Below are positions 60,033 through 64,000 of a DNA stretch of 64,000 nt, piece after piece. The translations under genes and the position numbers were made by a program. The notes under the pieces are model-generated. The model was given only the letters and a program-made list of their open reading frames with translations, searched no databases and was not told where the DNA came from. The stretch is from Gemmatimonadales bacterium (GTDB taxonomy: Bacteria > Gemmatimonadota > Gemmatimonadetes > Gemmatimonadales > GWC2-71-9). The DNA is taken from NCBI GenBank assembly GCA_039794085.1, contig JBDIWC010000004.1, forward strand, positions 64,095-128,094. Reading direction: 5' to 3'. Positions within the stretch are counted from its first letter, which is position 1. Each line of letters begins with the position of its first letter.

Positions 60033-61724
60033 TCAGGGAGACGGGGTGCGGTGACCGACCCAGCCCGGGCCTCGGAGTGCTCGACCGGGGGTGGCTCCCG
60101 TGTGGGCTCCGTTCCGCCAGACCGCCACCCCATTCACGAAGACATCCCGCACCCCCGTGGCGATTTGGTGGGGCTGGTCGAAGGTGGCCCGGTCGATCAC
60201 CGTGGCCGGATCGAAGATGACGATGTCGGCGTACAACCCCTCCCGGAGCAATCCGCGGTCCTTCAATCCGAGGATCCGGGCGGTGGCGCTGGTCATCTTG
60301 CGGACGGCGTCCTCCAGGCGGAGCACCCCGTCCTCCCGGGCATACTTCCCGAGCACCCGGGGGAAGGTTCCGTAAGCGCGGGGGTGCACGAGCCGGGTCG
60401 TGGTGTCGGGGTCGAAGCCGCCGGCATCGCTCCCGATCACCACCCAGGGCTGGGCGATCATCCGGGCCACATTCTCCTCCGACATCCCGAAGGTGATCTG
60501 GCTCAGGGTGTTCTGCTCTCCCAGGGTCAGCTCGATCACCGCATCGGCCCAGTCGACCCCGAGGTCGGCCGCGATGGCGTCGAGCCGGAGTCCCTCGAAG
60601 CGCTTCCACTCCTCGCGGTACTTGAACCCGGAGATCCGGTAGGCGCCGGGCGGGTTCGCCTGGGGGCTCGCCATCATCTCGGCATGAATCCGGGCCCGGA
60701 TGTTCGAGGTGCGGAGGTTTTCCAGGAGCTTCCCGTCGGCGTGGGCCCATTCGGGGATCCGCGACGAGAGGTTGTTGCCCGACGCCGGGTAGGGATACAT
60801 CGTGGCGGTCACGTCCTGCCCGGCCCGGCGCGCCGAGTCCACCTTGGCGATGGCCGGCCCGGCGAGGGGCCAGTTGGTTTGGCCCGAGGCCTTGAAGTGA
60901 TAGATCACCACCGGCACTCCCCCCTCTCGGCCGATCCGGAGTGCTTCGTCCATGGCGGTGAGGAGTCCCGCTCCCTCGGACCGCATGTGGGTGATGTAGG
61001 TGCCGTGGAATGGTGCCATCGCCCGGGAAATCTGGATCAGTTCATCGGTCCCGGCGTAGCTGCCGGGAGGATAGATCAGGGCGCTGGAGATGCCGAAGGC
61101 GCCGTCGAGCATCGCTTCGTGCACCACGGCCCGCATGGTGTCGAGCTCGGCGGCACTGGGGACTCCTTCACGCTGGCCCATGGCGTAGGCCCGTACAGTG
61201 GTGGCGCCGAGGTAGCTCCCGGCGTTGACACTGGTGCCGTGGGATTCCATCGCGTCGAGCCAGGTGCGGAATCCGCGCGGGCCCCGATACTTCATCACCT
61301 CGGCGAGCATCAGGGTGTCGGACAGCTCCGGCCCCATGAAGAGCGAATCGATGTTCGGGTTCGATGGGGCGGGTGTGGTGGACTCGCCGAGGATCTCGGT
61401 GGTGACCCCCTGGGCTACCTTGCCGATGACCCGGCCGTCGGCAAAGAGGAGGGCGTTCCAGGAGTGGGACTGGATGTCGATGAAGCCGGGGGCGACGACC
61501 ATGCCGGTGGCGTCCACGCGCTCGCGGGCGGAGGCACTGTCCAGGCCCCCGGCGGGGGTCATGGCGACGATGCGGTCCCCCCGGATGGCGAGGTCGCCCT
61601 GGTACCAGGGGTTCCCGGTGCCGTCGACGATCCGGCCGTTGGTGATGATGAGGTCGTATTGGCCGCCGCCCCGGCAGGAGAAGAGGCCGGCGGCGAGGAG
61701 GAGAATGGCTGCGCGTGGGGACAT
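60033..61724 (-). CDS. N-acyl-D-amino-acid deacylase (lipoprotein)
   Basis: GLFSC; APGFIDIQSHS, THMRSE, HPRAYGTFPRVLG, ADIVIFDP. Confidence 0.92.
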   Translation of the reverse strand: MSPRAAILLLAAGLFSCRGGGQYDLIITNGRIVDGTGNPWYQGDLAIRGDRIVAMTPAGGLDSASARERVDATGMVVAPGFIDIQSHSWNALLFADGRVIGKVAQGVTTEILGESTTPAPSNPNIDSLFMGPELSDTLMLAEVMKYRGPRGFRTWLDAMESHGTSVNAGSYLGATTVRAYAMGQREGVPSAAELDTMRAVVHEAMLDGAFGISSALIYPPGSYAGTDELIQISRAMAPFHGTYITHMRSEGAGLLTAMDEALRIGREGGVPVVIYHFKASGQTNWPLAGPAIAKVDSARRAGQDVTATMYPYPASGNNLSSRIPEWAHADGKLLENLRTSNIRARIHAEMMASPQANPPGAYRISGFKYREEWKRFEGLRLDAIAADLGVDWADAVIELTLGEQNTLSQITFGMSEENVARMIAQPWVVIGSDAGGFDPDTTTRLVHPRAYGTFPRVLGKYAREDGVLRLEDAVRKMTSATARILGLKDRGLLREGLYADIVIFDPATVIDRATFDQPHQIATGVRDVFVNGVAVWRNGAHTGATPGRALRGPGWVGHRTPSP

Positions 61725-61808
61725 GGCAACTCCGGAGGTTCGGATGCCGAGCGGGGACGAGGGGAACGGGTGGAAGATAGGGCCGGAGACGGGGGAGGGC
61801 CAAGGCGG

Positions 61809-62047
61809 CCCTCACCCCCGACCCCTCTCCCGCAGGGCGGGAGAGGGGGGACCAAGACGTTGCAGCAGCGGTCATCGCGAGGACCCCACAGGGGTCCGTG
61901 GCGATCTCGTGAGCGGGGCTCGGCGCAGTGGGCAATGGCTGGCCTTCCTGCCGGACCCTCAACGATTCCGTGGGTGCGCCGCTTGCGGCGCACCCTGGAG
62001 CAGGGAAGTCGGGTTCGTCACAGGTGCGCCGCAAGCGGCGCACCCAC
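61809..62047. repeat. Cluster of three different palindromic elements
   Basis: CCCCTCTCCCGC-AGG-GCGGGAGAGGGG (61822-61848); GTCATCGCGA-GGACCCC-ACA-GGGGTCC-GTGGCGATCTC (61871-61908); 25-bp perfect inverted pair 61970-61994 / 62023-62047. Confidence 0.85.
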
Positions 62048-62142
62048 AGGGGTGCCAATAGTTGACCAGCCGCTCCACGGGGAAACCCCCTATCGTCGTT
62101 CCGATTCCACGACCAGAGCGAGAGGCCGGCCCTTCGCCATAC

Positions 62143-62895
62143 TCACGCCCGGGCTCGGCGTCCAGGTGTCTTCCTCGCTACCTTCGGCCAACCCCCAACC
62201 CCCAACCCCCAACCCCCAACCCCCAACCCCTGGCGCACGGCCGCCTCCAGGGGCCACTCCCAGCCCGGCATGTTGTTGTATTCGGCGAGGGACACCCCGA
62301 GGGCGCGCACATGGTCCCGCAGGTGTCCCGGTGTGGTCCGGGGTGCGTGGTCCTTGGCCAGGGTCTCCACACTGGGGCAGAGGCGCCTTCGGGTTGCCAG
62401 GCCGGAGAGACGCCCCAGGTCGCTGACCCGGCACTTCAGGAGGTCGGGGATCTTTCGGCGGAGGTTTCGCCCGCTCAGACCGGCCGGAGTGGGGCGACCC
62501 TTCCCATCGAGGGCGTGAATCACCAAGGGTTCCAGGTGCGGGTTGTCGAGCCGGGCCGCGAGCCAGGCGGCGATCTGGTCCGGGGTGGGGGCGGGCCGGT
62601 TGTTCACCGCGGTCAGCACCTCCTCGATCAGGGGTGGAGGGTCGGAAGCAAGGCAGACGACCTGTCGTGTGGACGCAAGGATCGGTGGCGCGGTGCCGTC
62701 GGGGAGGTCGGGGAGGAGGAGGACCGGGGGGACGTGGAGCGGCAGTGCCTCGACGGTCGCGCTGATGAGGTCGTGGCTCTCGTGACCATCCAGGTGGAGA
62801 ACCGCGATGGCGCCGAGGGGGAGCACCTCATAACGCACCGCCTCGAGCAGTGCCTCCTCTGTCGTGTAGGGGGGCAGGAGCACGCCCTTCCTCAT
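62143..62895 (-). CDS. Hypothetical protein, possible degenerate receiver plus AraC-like HTH
   Basis: GGAGGT RBS before ATG 62895; GLSGRNLRRK and SVETLA..HLRDHVRALGVS; C-terminus runs through a heptamer array. Confidence 0.55.
   Translation of the reverse strand: MRKGVLLPPYTTEEALLEAVRYEVLPLGAIAVLHLDGHESHDLISATVEALPLHVPPVLLLPDLPDGTAPPILASTRQVVCLASDPPPLIEEVLTAVNNRPAPTPDQIAAWLAARLDNPHLEPLVIHALDGKGRPTPAGLSGRNLRRKIPDLLKCRVSDLGRLSGLATRRRLCPSVETLAKDHAPRTTPGHLRDHVRALGVSLAEYNNMPGWEWPLEAAVRQGLGVGGWGLGVGGWPKVARKTPGRRARA
62190..62230. repeat. (AACCCCC) x~6 heptamer array
   Basis: Five perfect units plus AACCCC. Confidence 0.92.
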
Positions 62896-63241
62896 ATCGA
62901 CCTCCCGGCATTCAGCCCATATGGGCATGCTGTGTGCCTGGTCCATCGATTGAGACTCGGAGTCAACGCCTCAACAATACGGTAGCATGGTGGCCATCAC
63001 TACCGCAAGGATGCCGGTGTGAAGTAAGGGTGCTGAGAGCGCAGTTGTGGCAGGCGCCGGTATGGGTTGAGACGCGTCCCCGTGGGAGTCATGCCCAGGA
63101 CTGACAGCGGGTTGACATGGCCAAAACTGGTACTGGCGGCGCTTGTGCCTGGCCGTAGTTTGGATCTGGTTGACTGAGCCGCAGTGCGATGAGGAGGGTG
63201 GAGGAGGGTGTGTGAGACGAGAGAATACCGAGGAAGACAGC

Positions 63242-63865
63242 GTGAGCCGGATCACAGTGAAAAGCATGGCACGTGGCGTGGCGGTTCTGCTCGCAGCGTT
63301 GCTGCTGGGTCAGGTGACATGGCCATGGGCGGTGGGTATGGTATCGCCCGGACCGGGTGAGACCCGGGTGCTGGAGCATCGGGTCGTCAGGATCGGCGAC
63401 ACTCTACCCGACCTGTTCGTGATGCCGGTGGTGGAGCCGAGTCTTTCCGAGGGAGATCGATCGATAACCCTGTCGGCTGCGCTGGCGAGGTCGTCCGCCG
63501 GCCCCTGCACGTTCCTGATTGTCTACAGCACCACCTGTGGTGCCTGCCGCCGGGCGGCGGCAGCCTGGGCCAGGGCGACGACCCCCGTCAGGGAGGGATT
63601 CGACGGCGCGGTGCTGTGGCTCTCCCTTCCCGACAGCCCGGACAGGATCCAGGCGTTCCACCAGGAGTTCGGTCTTTCCGCGCCCGCGTACCTGCTGGCG
63701 TCCGCTGATCAGGCCGGGGCGATGGGTGTCATCGGTACGCCGACGGTGTACGCAGTGGACCGGAGCCTGCGGGTGGTGCGGATGCCGGGGGCCGCACCCG
63801 AGGAACTGGTGCGCGGGTCTGGGCCGGAGGCGCTGGCGGCATCGTGCCGGGAGCAGGGGGCATGA
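63242..63865 (+). CDS. Membrane-anchored thioredoxin-fold (TlpA-like) protein
   Basis: N-terminal hydrophobic segment, GDTLPDL, YSTTCGAC, GVIGTPTVYAVD. Confidence 0.75.
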   Translation: MSRITVKSMARGVAVLLAALLLGQVTWPWAVGMVSPGPGETRVLEHRVVRIGDTLPDLFVMPVVEPSLSEGDRSITLSAALARSSAGPCTFLIVYSTTCGACRRAAAAWARATTPVREGFDGAVLWLSLPDSPDRIQAFHQEFGLSAPAYLLASADQAGAMGVIGTPTVYAVDRSLRVVRMPGAAPEELVRGSGPEALAASCREQGA

Positions 63866-64000
63866 TGCCCCGCAACCGGAAGGTTTGGACGATCCCCTGC
63901 ATGATCCTCGGAATCGTGCTCATCGGTGGTTGCCGATACGCCTCCGGTTCTGTGGATGAACCCCTCTCGGAGGTTGTCGCGGAGGTGGGGGACACGACGA
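63862..64000 (+). CDS. Lipoprotein, N-terminal part (runs out of window)
   Basis: ATGA overlap; MMPRNRK..MILGIVLIGGC lipobox. Confidence 0.6.
   Translation, partial: MMPRNRKVWTIPCMILGIVLIGGCRYASGSVDEPLSEVVAEVGDTT

Noticed and set aside
60021..62426. 801-aa plus-strand ORF
   Set aside because: Antisense shadow of the D-aminoacylase running through repeats.
63117..63158. 13-aa ORF MAKTGTGGACAWP as a RiPP precursor
   Set aside because: Too short, weak RBS, and no modifying enzyme in view.

Overview
High-GC bacterial chromosomal window. Gene content suggests Gemmatimonadota; this is an inference from the acidobacterial-type PadR, ECF/Ser-Thr kinase pair, Oar-like TonB receptor and many beta-propeller lipoproteins. 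About 60 CDS; no rRNA, tRNA or CRISPR array seen. Housekeeping blocks: lytic transglycosylase; a selD-rnhA-thiolase-SPFH-hydroxyacyl-CoA dehydrogenase-thyA-folA run; glutamine synthetase III; a copZ-cupredoxin-copA-csoR operon with a clear operator; DHS-like synthase plus MFS; ndh-queG-ltaE; proline dehydrogenase; D-aminoacylase. Accessory parts: orphan NgoMIV/NaeI-like C5 methylase with Vsr; a ~12 kb block (three TolB-like lipoproteins, a relic fourth copy, ECF sigma, kinase, TonB receptor) between direct-repeat elements; a RAYT transposase with palindromic repeats; three TA pairs. Main observations: (1) SelD has an in-frame UGA and a SECIS-like hairpin, both missed by the ORF track. (2) Intergenic regions carry modular elements of heptamer arrays, GTAG REPs and GTCA palindromes; the ten arrays I found all follow one polarity. 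(3) GTGGCCCC-N11-TCCGGTGT precedes all three TolB-like genes and is a candidate promoter for the adjacent ECF sigma. All family calls are by-eye motif recognition; no searches were run.
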